64,000 bases of DNA, taken from the NCBI GenBank assembly GCA_013150955.1, contig JAADJD010000005.1, positions 31,096-95,095 on the forward strand, read 5' to 3'. Every line of letters starts with the position of its first letter. The first letter of the stretch is position 1. The notes below the pieces were generated by a model, which was given only the letters and a program-made list of their open reading frames with translations, ran no database searches and was not told where the DNA came from. Source of the stretch: Calditrichota bacterium (GTDB lineage: Bacteria > Calditrichota > Calditrichia > RBG-13-44-9 > J042). The translations under genes were made by a program, and so were the position numbers. This document shows, one piece after another, positions 1 through 9,904 of this stretch.

Positions 1-71
1 ATCCAGTGAAATTGAAACGGGTGGTCATATTAAATCGAAATCAAATCATTGAATAGACGTGAGGTGAGGGT

Positions 72-398
72 ATGGTACACAGAATGATATTCATGATCCT
101 TGCGCTGGCAGCGGTTATACTGGCGCAACAAAATGCACCGCCTCAACAGGGGGCACAGGGAAATCAACCCGGTGTGATACAATTGGGGCCAGTTCAGATC
201 GAAGCGCGCATCGAATTGCCCCAGGTGCAAATTCTGGATAAGCGGATTGAACCGGAGTTCGAAGAAGTGCGTGCCGAGAAAAGTTTTGCCCTGGAACTGA
301 GAAGTGAGGTGGAGGCCATACGGTTTGTCCCCGTTACCAGCGGCAAGGTCGAGCCAATCAAAAATATCAATGCGTTATTAAACAAGAAACGATTTTAA
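72..398 (+). CDS. Small hypothetical secreted protein (N-terminal signal peptide) upstream of exbB
   Basis: ORF with SD-like GAGGTGAGGG before ATG; hydrophobic N-terminus MIFMILALAAVILA; no recognisable domain. Confidence 0.4.
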   Translation: MVHRMIFMILALAAVILAQQNAPPQQGAQGNQPGVIQLGPVQIEARIELPQVQILDKRIEPEFEEVRAEKSFALELRSEVEAIRFVPVTSGKVEPIKNINALLNKKRF

Positions 399-457
399 CC
401 GAAAATAGAGCAATAAATTTCAAGTAAACACTTTTAACATAGTAAGGAGGTTTTAGC

Positions 458-1123
458 ATGACAACCACATTCTGGAGAGAATTCTTTGGGCAGTTTAAAC
501 CCGGTGTGGAAGGTGCCGCGTTTATGTGGTTAATCCTGGCCATGTTTGTGATAGCGGTAGCCATTGCGATTGAACGGATTTATTATGTGATGGTGCGTTC
601 CAATATTAACGCCGATAAATTTATGATGGAAATCCGAAAACTGGTGACCAGTGGAAACATTAAACGGGCAATTGAATTGTGTGAGCAGGGGAAGCAAAAG
701 GCCCTGCCTTATGTGGTGCTGGCGGGTCTGAGGCGGGTTGCCGAAAGTGATAGCCTGGATTTCCGCTCCATTCAAAATGCGGTTGATGAAGGAACCCTGG
801 AAGTCATTCCGAAGTTACAGAAACGTACGAATTATTTGTCCATGCTGGCCAATGTGGCTACACTCACGGGGCTGATGGGAACGATCTACGGTCTGATCAT
901 TTCGTTTAATGCCGTGGGTAATCCGGAAATCCCCGAAAAAGATAAATCGGCCATGTTAGCCAAGGGTATTGCAACGGCAATGAATACCACCATTTTTGGT
1001 CTGGGGGTGGCCATTCCCACGCTGATCGTGTACAATATCATTCAGAATAAAACGGCCCAGATCATTGACGAAATGGATGAGCATCTGGTGAAGTTGATCA
1101 ACTTAATCACGGGTAATCGATAA
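458..1123 (+). CDS. exbB: MotA/TolQ/ExbB proton-channel protein
   Basis: AAGGAGG SD before ATG; 3 TM helices; conserved TolQ/ExbB C-terminal region (TLTGLMGTIYGLI, IATAMNTTIFGL). Confidence 0.85.
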   Translation: MTTTFWREFFGQFKPGVEGAAFMWLILAMFVIAVAIAIERIYYVMVRSNINADKFMMEIRKLVTSGNIKRAIELCEQGKQKALPYVVLAGLRRVAESDSLDFRSIQNAVDEGTLEVIPKLQKRTNYLSMLANVATLTGLMGTIYGLIISFNAVGNPEIPEKDKSAMLAKGIATAMNTTIFGLGVAIPTLIVYNIIQNKTAQIIDEMDEHLVKLINLITGNR

Positions 1124-1140
1124 AAACGTAGGGTGAAAAT

Positions 1141-1689
1141 ATGGCTTATAAGCCTTCAATGCGGCGTCACTTAAAGATCCAGGAAATTCCCCTGGATATC
1201 CGTCCCGTCATGAATTTGATGGTGGTATTAATTCCCCTATTGCTCTCCAGTGCCGTCTTTACCAAATTGGCAATTCAGGAATTAAATTTACCGCCTGCCA
1301 AAGGGGGCACGGGAACAGGGACGGAAAAGCCCACAGAAGAGGAAAAGCGACTGGAATTAAAGGTTTTGATATCCAAACGCGGATTCTACATTGGATCCCG
1401 TGCCGGGTATTTAACCGGGGAGGCCAACACCGAAGCGGATCCAGCGGTTCCGCTTAACCCGGATGGGAGCTACGATTTCAAAACGTTGCAGCAAAAACTC
1501 ATCGAGATTAAGGAAAAAATCGCCGGCATGGGATTTACCGACGAGAAAATGGTCATCATATCGGCGGAAGCAGACATCGCCTATAAGCACATCGTAAAGG
1601 CAATCGATTACATATCCACTTACACCGATGAGGAAGGTCGGGAGCAGGAATTATTCCCGGCAATCGCCATTGGTCAGATATTAATGTAG
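1141..1689 (+). CDS. exbD: ExbD/TolR biopolymer transport protein
   Basis: Single N-terminal TM (MNLMVVLIPLLL) typical of ExbD/TolR; immediately follows exbB. Confidence 0.75.
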   Translation: MAYKPSMRRHLKIQEIPLDIRPVMNLMVVLIPLLLSSAVFTKLAIQELNLPPAKGGTGTGTEKPTEEEKRLELKVLISKRGFYIGSRAGYLTGEANTEADPAVPLNPDGSYDFKTLQQKLIEIKEKIAGMGFTDEKMVIISAEADIAYKHIVKAIDYISTYTDEEGREQELFPAIAIGQILM

Positions 1690-1698
1690 GGGGTCACT

Positions 1699-2184
1699 AT
1701 GGCATTTATTCCATCCAGAAGAAAAAAACACGACACTTTCCGTAGGGAAGAACTGAACTTGACATCCATGATGGACATGATGACCATCATCCTCCTTTTC
1801 CTTCTGAAGACCTATTCCACCACCGGACTGATTGTAACGCCATCAAAAGACCTGACCCTCCCGTACTCCATGAGCGATGAGGCACCCAAAAAGGATTTGA
1901 GTGTCTCCATTACCCGTCAAAATATTCTGGTTGCGGATCAGGTGCTGATGTCAGTGGATGAAGTCAATCCCAATTCGCCTATCATAGAGCCGCTGTATCA
2001 GGTGTTAAAGAAATATGCAGACGAAGCCAAGGAAAACGAGATTAAATATGCCATTCCATTCAATCACGAGGTGATTATTCAGGGGGACCAGGAAACGCCA
2101 TTTGACTTACTGGTAAAGGTGTTGTATACTTGTGGACAGACGGAATTTTATAAATTAAGGCTTTTAACTTATCAAGAAAAATAA
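1699..2184 (+). CDS. exbD: ExbD/TolR biopolymer transport protein (second copy)
   Basis: LNLTSMMDMMTIILLFLL TM motif characteristic of ExbD; tandem with first exbD. Confidence 0.7.
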   Translation: MAFIPSRRKKHDTFRREELNLTSMMDMMTIILLFLLKTYSTTGLIVTPSKDLTLPYSMSDEAPKKDLSVSITRQNILVADQVLMSVDEVNPNSPIIEPLYQVLKKYADEAKENEIKYAIPFNHEVIIQGDQETPFDLLVKVLYTCGQTEFYKLRLLTYQEK

Positions 2185-2204
2185 ACCAGGAGCCTCGGTG
2201 TAAT

Positions 2205-3266
2205 ATGGAAACAAGGAGAGGAGTTCGAAGCGGGGCTGGTTTTCAACTGGCCGGCTTCCCGAAGGAATTTGAAAGAAATATATGGGAAGAGCTGGATAAA
2301 CGGTTCTGGTCAATTTTACTGATAACCTGGGTCGTGTCATTCGGATTGGCGTTTTATTTATCCAATAAAGAATGGCATATCAGCGAAGAAGAAATTGCCA
2401 AGTTGAAAGAAAAAGTGATCCGAACGGTTTATTCGGATATTATCATAACTGAGGAGCCGGCGGTGGAAGAGACGGGGATCGAAGGTCCCGGTATGGCGGA
2501 AGAGCAGAAGGCCGAGGAAAAGGAGATTAGTGAAGAGGGCAAAAAGATTGTTGAGGAATCGGTTGCGGAGCGGGTGCAGCGACGTCGGCGTGCCAGGAAA
2601 TCGCGGGCGCAGCGGACGCGTCAGATGGAGCAGGCGGTGGCTTCTACGGGTATTCTGGCCGTGGCCACAGCAGCCGGTGGCGGTGGTGGCGGTGACGTCG
2701 GGTTTGCCGATGTGTTGAAAGACGTAGGGGGTGCAGGTGGTGTGGCTGATATTGGAAAGGTGGTTGAAGGAACTTCCGGATTGGTGGCTGCCACCAGCAG
2801 CAAGGAACGGACCCGGGTGGCCAAAGGCGGTGGCTATCGGGGTGCGGGTGAAGGTGTGGGAATTGACGATTTGATTGAAGGTGAAGGCGTATCCCGTTCG
2901 GCCTCTTTCCGACGGCGCGGGGAGATCAAACTGGCCGCCAGTGATCTGGGACTGTCCGGAGCAGCCACAGGAGCGGCTTCCCGTGATCCCGAAAGCCTGA
3001 TGCTGGTAATCAATCAAAATAAGGGATCCGTCGAATACTGTATTCAAAAGAGTTTGAAGGTTAATCCCAGCTTAAAAGGCCGCATCGATCTGGAGCTGGA
3101 GATTGATCCCAATGGCCGGGTGGTAAAAGTGCGGGTGATCAAGTCCACCATTCCAGATAAAAAATTGGAACGGTGTATCCTGCGTACGGTAAAACGCTGG
3201 CGAGGCTTTGGGAAGATTGATCCCACTTACGGAAACTTGCGATTGCGATTGCCGTTCATCATTTAA
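2205..3266 (+). CDS. tonB: TonB-family energy transducer
   Basis: N-terminal TM, long Gly/Ala/Glu-rich linker, C-terminal TonB_C-like domain; operon position after exbBD. Confidence 0.7.
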   Translation: METRRGVRSGAGFQLAGFPKEFERNIWEELDKRFWSILLITWVVSFGLAFYLSNKEWHISEEEIAKLKEKVIRTVYSDIIITEEPAVEETGIEGPGMAEEQKAEEKEISEEGKKIVEESVAERVQRRRRARKSRAQRTRQMEQAVASTGILAVATAAGGGGGGDVGFADVLKDVGGAGGVADIGKVVEGTSGLVAATSSKERTRVAKGGGYRGAGEGVGIDDLIEGEGVSRSASFRRRGEIKLAASDLGLSGAATGAASRDPESLMLVINQNKGSVEYCIQKSLKVNPSLKGRIDLELEIDPNGRVVKVRVIKSTIPDKKLERCILRTVKRWRGFGKIDPTYGNLRLRLPFII

Positions 3267-3300
3267 TCAGTGCAAAAAACAATTAATACGACGTTTATAA

Positions 3301-3328
3301 AAAACCTGCCTTGTGCAGGTTTTTTTAT
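3301..3328 (+). terminator. Rho-independent terminator after tonB
   Basis: AACCTGC-CTTGT-GCAGGTT stem-loop followed by TTTTTTT. Confidence 0.8.
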
Positions 3329-3335
3329 TCCCCAA

Positions 3336-3555
3336 TTTGCATTCGCCTAAGAATCGCACGAGTGAATACGAACAAAAATAATCCCAAAAAATGCGTTAAA
3401 CCACGCATCACGCGAATGAATTCGAAAAAAATCAACAAAATCGCGAATATATCCGTGAAAACATTTTCATCCAGATAGAATCAGGTGCATTCTATTATTT
3501 TCATTGGTGTCCATTCGTGTAATTCGTAGGCGAATGCTTAATCTGGGTTCAAATA
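3336..3555. repeat. Copy of dispersed MITE-like palindromic element (family also at 14.3, 17.2, 22.6, 26.6, 30.1, 43.6-45.7, 56.7, 58.9-59.4, 62.1 kb)
   Basis: Shares ACGAAT-rich core, TGGATGAAAATGT box and AAACCCAGATTATGC-like termini with other copies. Confidence 0.7.
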
Positions 3556-3989
3556 TTCGAAGAAGTGGACGGTCGCAAACGGGTGAAATAAAATTCCGTA
3601 AACGTTTTTCGAATTTGATCCCGGATACGGCGAAAGGTGGACAGAATCTCCCCGGAAGTTCCCGTGGCCCGGGCCGGATCTTCAAAGCCGAAATGAAGGC
3701 GTTGTCCCACCTGTCCCGGAAACACCGGACACGTCTCCCGGGCATCATCACACACAGTGATCACGTAGTCGAAGTTCATACTCAGGAATTCAGACACCGA
3801 TTTTGGTCGTGCTGTAGAAAGGTCGATACCAATCTCCCGCATGACCTGGATGGCAAGCGGATGAACCTGTTCTGCTGGCCGGGTACCGGCGGAGTACACT
3901 TCCAGTTGAGGATCCAGGGATTTTAAGATCCCTTCCGCCATCTGACTACGACAGGAGTTACCCGTGCACAGGATCAATATTCGGTACAT
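3549..3989 (-). CDS. Low-molecular-weight phosphotyrosine phosphatase / ArsC-type arsenate reductase family protein
   Basis: N-terminal CTGNSCRS P-loop motif of the LMW-PTP/ArsC family. Confidence 0.7.
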   Translation of the reverse strand: MYRILILCTGNSCRSQMAEGILKSLDPQLEVYSAGTRPAEQVHPLAIQVMREIGIDLSTARPKSVSEFLSMNFDYVITVCDDARETCPVFPGQVGQRLHFGFEDPARATGTSGEILSTFRRIRDQIRKTFTEFYFTRLRPSTSSNI

Positions 3990-4355
3990 AAATATTCCAT
4001 TATTAAGTTAGATAAGAAGTTAAAGTCCACCACCTGTTTGAGCAAACGATAATCATCGTTTTTGTGTTCGGTGTGGGATCCTTCATCCATTTCCCACCAG
4101 TTTTTTGTACCATCGCCTGGTGATAGCCTTATGTTACGGATTGATCTTGAATAAAAAATATCTAAGTGACCAATTAAATTTAGTCGCGATCTGTGTTTGG
4201 GGATTGGGGTGGAATAACGAGTCGAGGATCAGGAAGAAATCCGGACTTCCTGAAAATTGGATTTTCAAACAATTTTTTAAACCTTGTGAAATTTTTGATA
4301 TTCCGTTAAATTAAAGTTTATGATTTTAATGTAAAACAAAGGGGATGATGTCGGC

Positions 4356-6122
4356 GTGAAGCTCAAGCGTACGCACACCTGTGGTGAATTAAATTTATCC
4401 CATACCGGACAAAAAGTGGTGTTAAATGGCTGGGTCGATAACTGGCGAGATCACGGTGGCATTATTTTTATTGATTTGCGGGATCGGTATGGAAAGACCC
4501 AGGTGGTGTTTTACCCGGAGAATGCAGATATTTATGCCACCGCCAAAAAATTGCGTTCGGAGTACGTCATTGCAGTAAAAGGGGAGGTCCAGGCGCGCCC
4601 TCCGGAAGCGGTAAATCCCAACCTTTCCACCGGGGAAATTGAAGTCCGGGTGGAAGCGCTGGAACTGTTGAATGTCAGTCAGGTGCCACCGTTTGAAATT
4701 AAGGATTATGTGGATGCTTCGGAAGATCTGCGCTTGCGCTATCGTTATCTGGACTTACGCCGTCCCAAATTGCAACGGAACATTTTATTGCGACATCGAT
4801 TGGCACAATTTACCCGACAGTTTTTCGATCAGGAAGGATTCGTTGAGATTGAAACCCCTTTTCTAACCAAAAGTACACCGGAAGGGGCCCGGGATTTTCT
4901 GGTGCCATCTCGATTGCATCGTGGGAAGTTTTACGCATTGCCCCAATCCCCGCAAACTTACAAACAAATCCTGATGGTTTCTGGGTTCGATAAATATTTC
5001 CAGATAGTCAAGTGCTTCCGCGATGAGGATCTTCGAAAAGATCGACAACCGGAATTCACCCAGATTGACATCGAGATGTCGTTTGTGGATGAGGATGATG
5101 TGATGGGCGTGGTAGAGCGCTACATCCAGCAACTGTTCAAACAGCTTTTTGATGAGGACATTCCCATCCCTTTTCCGCGAATTCCATATCACGAAGCCAT
5201 GGAACGATTTGGCAGCGATAAACCCGATTTGCGGTTTGGATTGGAATTGAATGAAGTCACTCCCCTATTTTCGAACACGGCGTTTAATGTTTTCGCTTCG
5301 GTGGTGAAGGCAAAGGGGTATATTGGTGCGCTGGTTGTTCCCCAGGCCAGTTCGTATAGCCGGAAGCAGATTGAGCAACTGGGGAAATACATCGAAAGTC
5401 TGGGAGGGAAGGGTCTGGCGCATGTGAAATTTATGAATGGGCAACTGGAAGGGGGCATAAGTAAGTTTTTATCCGCAGATGAACACCAGGCGCTCAAAAC
5501 TCAGCTATCCCTGAAAGACGATGCATTAATTTTAATGGTTGCCGATACGCATCGTGAATTTGCTCAGACGCTGCTGGGGAGTTTGCGGTTGCGTCTGGCA
5601 GAAGAGCTGGATCTGATTGACAAAAGTGTGAAAAAATTTCACTGGGTGGTGGATTTCCCGTTGCTGGAATACGATGAGGAGGAACAGCGATACGTAGCCC
5701 GACACCATCCGTTTACCTCACCTAAGTTAGAAGATATTAACAAGTTAGAAAGCCAACCCGAAGAAGTGCGGGCCCGAGCATACGACTTGATCTTTAATGG
5801 CAATGAAATTGCAGGGGGAAGTATTCGTATTCATACGCGTGAGATGCAGGAGAAGATGTTTCGTCTATTAAAGATTGAACCGGATGAGGCAGAACGTAAA
5901 TTTGGATTTCTGATGGAAGCGTTCCAGTATGGGGCGCCTCCGCACGGGGGAATTGCCTTTGGATTCGACCGGCTGGTCATGCTGATTGCGGATACGCCGT
6001 CCATTCGGGATGTGATTGCGTTTCCCAAAACGGCCAGTGCGGTGGGGTTAATGGAAAATACCCCATCCGAAGTGGATCCGCAGCAACTCAAAGAATTGGG
6101 GATTTCCATTGAAAATAAATAA
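4356..6122 (+). CDS. aspS: Aspartyl-tRNA synthetase
   Basis: GTG start; class II aaRS motifs (FRDEDLRKDRQPEFTQID, GGSIRIH, GLDRLVML); 588 aa. Confidence 0.95.
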   Translation: MKLKRTHTCGELNLSHTGQKVVLNGWVDNWRDHGGIIFIDLRDRYGKTQVVFYPENADIYATAKKLRSEYVIAVKGEVQARPPEAVNPNLSTGEIEVRVEALELLNVSQVPPFEIKDYVDASEDLRLRYRYLDLRRPKLQRNILLRHRLAQFTRQFFDQEGFVEIETPFLTKSTPEGARDFLVPSRLHRGKFYALPQSPQTYKQILMVSGFDKYFQIVKCFRDEDLRKDRQPEFTQIDIEMSFVDEDDVMGVVERYIQQLFKQLFDEDIPIPFPRIPYHEAMERFGSDKPDLRFGLELNEVTPLFSNTAFNVFASVVKAKGYIGALVVPQASSYSRKQIEQLGKYIESLGGKGLAHVKFMNGQLEGGISKFLSADEHQALKTQLSLKDDALILMVADTHREFAQTLLGSLRLRLAEELDLIDKSVKKFHWVVDFPLLEYDEEEQRYVARHHPFTSPKLEDINKLESQPEEVRARAYDLIFNGNEIAGGSIRIHTREMQEKMFRLLKIEPDEAERKFGFLMEAFQYGAPPHGGIAFGFDRLVMLIADTPSIRDVIAFPKTASAVGLMENTPSEVDPQQLKELGISIENK

Positions 6123-6209
6123 TTTTGCTTTTCCAATTGTCTCTTGACAAAAAAATTAATCTTTAGTATCTTAACTTAACTAAATCAAGAAATTAAGAGG
6201 AGGCTTGTT

Positions 6210-6491
6210 ATGAAAAACTCGAAAAAAGTGGTAGCGCTTCTACTTTCGGCAAGTATGGCGTTGTCCTTACTGTTGAGTACCGGTTGTGCCCGTCATCCCA
6301 ATGAGGAACAGATTCGTGTTCTGGAAGAAACCCGTGCTGCCGCTCTCGCCGCTGAAAAACAACTGGAAGAAAAGCGTCAGGAACGCATGAAGCTTGAAAA
6401 ACAGCTGGAAGAAAAAAAGCAAATGCTGGAAAAAGCCAAGAAAGAACGTGATGAAGTGAAGAAACGCATTGAAGCCACGAAAAGTGAATAA
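6210..6491 (+). CDS. Small coiled-coil lipoprotein
   Basis: GAGGAGG SD; signal peptide plus lipobox LSTGC; Lys/Glu-rich heptad coiled coil. Confidence 0.5.
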   Translation: MKNSKKVVALLLSASMALSLLLSTGCARHPNEEQIRVLEETRAAALAAEKQLEEKRQERMKLEKQLEEKKQMLEKAKKERDEVKKRIEATKSE

Positions 6492-6513
6492 TTAAGGTGA
6501 GAGGAGGCAAAAA

Positions 6514-7362
6514 ATGAAAAATAAAGTTGCTTTAATTGCAATACTGGTCCTTTCCGTATTTGCATTTAACCTGTTTGCCCAACAGTACAGCTATGATTAT
6601 AAGACCATGAGCATGGATGAGTATAAGGCGGAATTGGCCAAATGGCAGCAGCGGGAAGCGGATGCCAAGGCAGCAATCGCTGAGGAAGAGGCCAAAATTG
6701 CGAAATTGAAAGAAGAGATTGCGGCCGTGGAAAAGGAAATCGATGCAGTTTATAACGAAATTTACGCGTTACTGGAAACCGACGAAGCCGGTTATAAGGC
6801 TTTCCTGGAACAGCTCAAATCCTTCGAAAATGATCTGCAGGCCTTTACGGCGCTGTCCCCCGAAGAAATTTATGAAAAACGTTCCGAGCTGGATGCGTTT
6901 AAAGCTCGCCTGGAAGAGCTGAAAAAAGATAAACGTAGTCTGGGTGTGGAAGCAAATGAAACCCTGAGCCGGATTGAAAACCTTATTGCCCAGGCGGAAA
7001 AGAAGGCTCAGCCGGCAGCGGCCGGACGCTACGAGGTTCAGCGTGGGGATTATCTGTGGAAAATCGCCAAACGTCCCGATGTGTACGGCGATCCGTATGC
7101 ATGGATCCGAATTTACACGGCCAATAAGGATCAAATTAAAAATCCGGATTTAATTTATCCCCGTCAGGTATTCCGGATTCCCAAAGTGGCCGGCCCCAAT
7201 GAATACTGGGTGGAGCGAGGGGATTACCTGAGCAAGATTGCTGGACTGGCCAATGTCTATGGAAATCCCTTTAATTGGCAGAAAATTTACGAAGCCAACC
7301 GCGATGTGATCTCGGATCCGAATCTGATTTATCCGTACATGATTCTGGTGATTCCCCGTTAA
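6514..7362 (+). CDS. Secreted coiled-coil protein with two C-terminal LysM peptidoglycan-binding domains
   Basis: Signal peptide; two repeats of Y.V.RGDYL.KIA....YG.P..W..IY.AN...I.(N/D)P(D/N)LIYP. Confidence 0.7.
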   Translation: MKNKVALIAILVLSVFAFNLFAQQYSYDYKTMSMDEYKAELAKWQQREADAKAAIAEEEAKIAKLKEEIAAVEKEIDAVYNEIYALLETDEAGYKAFLEQLKSFENDLQAFTALSPEEIYEKRSELDAFKARLEELKKDKRSLGVEANETLSRIENLIAQAEKKAQPAAAGRYEVQRGDYLWKIAKRPDVYGDPYAWIRIYTANKDQIKNPDLIYPRQVFRIPKVAGPNEYWVERGDYLSKIAGLANVYGNPFNWQKIYEANRDVISDPNLIYPYMILVIPR

Positions 7363-7392
7363 TTAAATCGAAGCATGAAGCGGCATAAAAAT

Positions 7393-7430
7393 AAAAGGCT
7401 CTTGGGTTCTACCAAGAGCCTTTTTAATTT
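7393..7430 (+). terminator. Rho-independent terminator after LysM gene
   Basis: AAGGCTCTTGG-GTTCTA-CCAAGAGCCTT hairpin followed by T-run. Confidence 0.8.
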
Positions 7431-7470
7431 TTATTCGCACCTAAATTTATAGGAGGACATCGAGGAGAAG

Positions 7471-8445
7471 TTGGAAAAGGTATTCAAGCTGGAAAAAGTC
7501 GATCCCCTGATATTGTTAGGATATCAGGATCAAAATTTAAAGATTATAGAGAGGCATTTTCCGGTTCAAATCATTGCGCGTGGGAATCAAATCAAATTAA
7601 TCGGACCGGATGCGGAAGTGGAGCAGGTCGAAAATGTGTTGTCCGAACTGGTATTTCTGGCCAATCGCAATAAAACGGTCACCCCAGAAGATGTCGAGAC
7701 CGTGGTGCACGTTGTTAAAGCCCATACCCCGGTGATTGAAGGCACCGTAGAAGCGGAAAAAACGGTAAGCCGATCGCGGGAACTGGATGAGGTTATCTTG
7801 TTTACCAAAAGGGGCTTTGTTAAACCCCGCACACCGGGACAGCGGCGCATTGTGGAGGCCATTCGCGACTACGACATCGTGGTGGTGATTGGTCCTGCAG
7901 GCACCGGAAAAACGTACCTGGCCGTGGCTCTGGCCGTGGCCGCGTTGAAAAATAAGGAAGTCAACAAAATTGTGCTGGCCCGTCCCGCCGTGGAAGCCGG
8001 AGAAAGTCTGGGATACCTGCCCGGTGATTTTCGGGAGAAGATTGATCCGTACCTGCGGCCACTATATGATGCCCTGGAAGAAATGTTACCCCGCGAATTG
8101 ATCCGAAAATACATGGAGCAGGGGGTAATCGAGGTCATTCCGCTGGCCTATATGCGGGGACGAACCTTGAACAATGCCTTTGTGATTTTAGATGAGGCCC
8201 AGAATGCCACCTCTCTTCAAATGAAAATGTTTTTGACCCGATTGGGCATCAATTCCCGTGCCATCATTAATGGCGATATTACCCAAATCGATTTACCGGA
8301 TAAAAACAACTCTGGCTTGCTGGAAATTCAGGAAGTATTGAAGGATGTGGAAGGCATTGCTTTTATTTATCTGGACCGACAGGATGTGGTTCGCCACCGG
8401 CTGGTGCGCGATATCATCCATGCTTATGATGCATATAAAAAATGA
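7471..8445 (+). CDS. phoH: PhoH-like ATPase
   Basis: Walker A GPAGTGKT; PhoH family signature; TTG start predicted. Confidence 0.85.
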   Translation: MEKVFKLEKVDPLILLGYQDQNLKIIERHFPVQIIARGNQIKLIGPDAEVEQVENVLSELVFLANRNKTVTPEDVETVVHVVKAHTPVIEGTVEAEKTVSRSRELDEVILFTKRGFVKPRTPGQRRIVEAIRDYDIVVVIGPAGTGKTYLAVALAVAALKNKEVNKIVLARPAVEAGESLGYLPGDFREKIDPYLRPLYDALEEMLPRELIRKYMEQGVIEVIPLAYMRGRTLNNAFVILDEAQNATSLQMKMFLTRLGINSRAIINGDITQIDLPDKNNSGLLEIQEVLKDVEGIAFIYLDRQDVVRHRLVRDIIHAYDAYKK

Positions 8446-8456
8446 AGGAGAACCTT

Positions 8457-9641
8457 ATGGGCAACTCGCGAGAAGTCGTTATCGTATCTGCCGTTCGAAC
8501 ACCTATTGGAAGCTTTAATGGAGCGCTGGCATCGTTAACGGCTCCCCAGCTCGGTAGTCTGGTAATTAAGGAAGCGCTGAAGCGGGCGGGATTGAAAAAC
8601 GAGGATGTCGATGCGGTAATTATGGGAAACGTATTGACAGCGGGTGTTGGACAGGCGCCTGCCAGACAGGCCGCTATTTTTGCCGGTTTGCCGACCAGCG
8701 TGGATTGTATGACCATTAACAAAGTGTGTGGTTCCGGACTCAAAGCCGTGATGCTGGCCCGAAACGAAATTGCACTGAATGAAGCCGATGTGGTGGTGGC
8801 CGGCGGCATGGAGAGCATGAGCAACGCTCCTTATTTATTATCAAAAGCGCGTTTTGGGTATCGGATGGGACATGGGCAGTTGATCGACAGCATGATAAAC
8901 GATGGATTGTGGGACGTTTACAATAACTTTCACATGGGCAATGCGGCCGAACTCTGTGCCCGTGAATGTCAGGTCCCCCGTGAGGCCCAGGATGAATTCG
9001 CCGTTCTGAGTTACAGGCGGGCTTTAGAAGCGCAGGAGAAAGGGTATTTCAAAGAAGAAATCGTTCCGGTGACGGTCAAAGAAAAGAAAGGGGAACGGAT
9101 TGTGGAACAGGACGAGGAACCGGGAAAAGTGAAGTTCGAGAAAATTCCCAATCTCCGCCCTGCATTTGAGGAGCAGGGTACCATTACCGCAGCCAATGCA
9201 TCGAAGATTAATGATGGGGCTGCGGCAGTGGTTGTGATGTCTGCCGAGGCGGCAGAGAGACACGGAATCCAGCCAATGGCCCGAATCGTTGCGCAGGCAA
9301 CTGCATCAAAAGATCCGGAATGGTTTACCACCGCACCGGCGGATGCCATTGAAAAGGTACTGAAGAAGGCCAATTTAACCAAGGACGACATTGACCTTTA
9401 TGAGATTAATGAAGCGTTTGCGGTGGTCACGCTGGCGGTGAATAAAATTCTGGGTCTGGATGTCAATAAGGTGAACATTGCGGGAGGTGCGGTGGCATTG
9501 GGACATCCCATTGGTGCCAGTGGGGCACGCATTTTGACAACCTTGCTTTATAATTTAAAGCGCACTGGCGGAAAACGGGGACTGGCTTCACTGTGTATCG
9601 GTGGTGGCGAGGCTGTGGCTGTGATTGTTGAAATGTTATAG
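8457..9641 (+). CDS. Acetyl-CoA C-acetyltransferase (thiolase II)
   Basis: Thiolase motifs (VIVSAVRTPIG, NKVCGSGLKAV, C-terminal GGGEAVA); ATG at 8457 preferred over 8442 because of AAGGAG SD. Confidence 0.9.
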   Translation: MGNSREVVIVSAVRTPIGSFNGALASLTAPQLGSLVIKEALKRAGLKNEDVDAVIMGNVLTAGVGQAPARQAAIFAGLPTSVDCMTINKVCGSGLKAVMLARNEIALNEADVVVAGGMESMSNAPYLLSKARFGYRMGHGQLIDSMINDGLWDVYNNFHMGNAAELCARECQVPREAQDEFAVLSYRRALEAQEKGYFKEEIVPVTVKEKKGERIVEQDEEPGKVKFEKIPNLRPAFEEQGTITAANASKINDGAAAVVVMSAEAAERHGIQPMARIVAQATASKDPEWFTTAPADAIEKVLKKANLTKDDIDLYEINEAFAVVTLAVNKILGLDVNKVNIAGGAVALGHPIGASGARILTTLLYNLKRTGGKRGLASLCIGGGEAVAVIVEML

Positions 9642-9682
9642 GAAGTTTACCGCTGAATATACCTGGAAAAAAACCACACTTT

Positions 9683-9722
9683 GCCGGGATGTTCCCACGG
9701 GGAACATCCCGGCAATTTTTTG
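9683..9722 (+). terminator. Rho-independent terminator after thiolase
   Basis: 13-bp stem GCCGGGATGTTCC...GGAACATCCCGGC followed by TTTTTT. Confidence 0.85.
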
Positions 9723-9904
9723 TGGGGGATGTGGGGACGGGAAGGTTGGTGTCATTGATGGTATTAATCAAAAGTTTACATAAGTCAACAAAAAATGAAG
9801 AGTTACAGCACCAGAAAAATGGGTGAAATTGACGGAGCGCACTTTTTAAAAATTTTTCTCGATGTATTTTTCACAAATTGCAGTTGGAAAATGGAGTATG
9901 GTCC

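Noticed and set aside
2358-3047. 229-aa antisense ORF inside tonB, and similar long antisense ORFs inside secA (12934-13623), gap (23790-24281), pgk and the hdr genes
   Set aside because: They are embedded opposite well-supported conserved genes, have GC-rich codon artefacts, and show no motifs. They are typical shadow ORFs.
4105-4314. 69-aa ORF in the aspS upstream region
   Set aside because: No SD, AT-rich promoter-like region, no motif; likely non-coding leader or promoter of aspS.
8442-8456. Upstream ATG (8442) as thiolase start
   Set aside because: The AAGGAG SD is centred upstream of the second ATG (8457), and MGNSREVVIV aligns with canonical thiolase N-termini. The 5 extra residues are unlikely.
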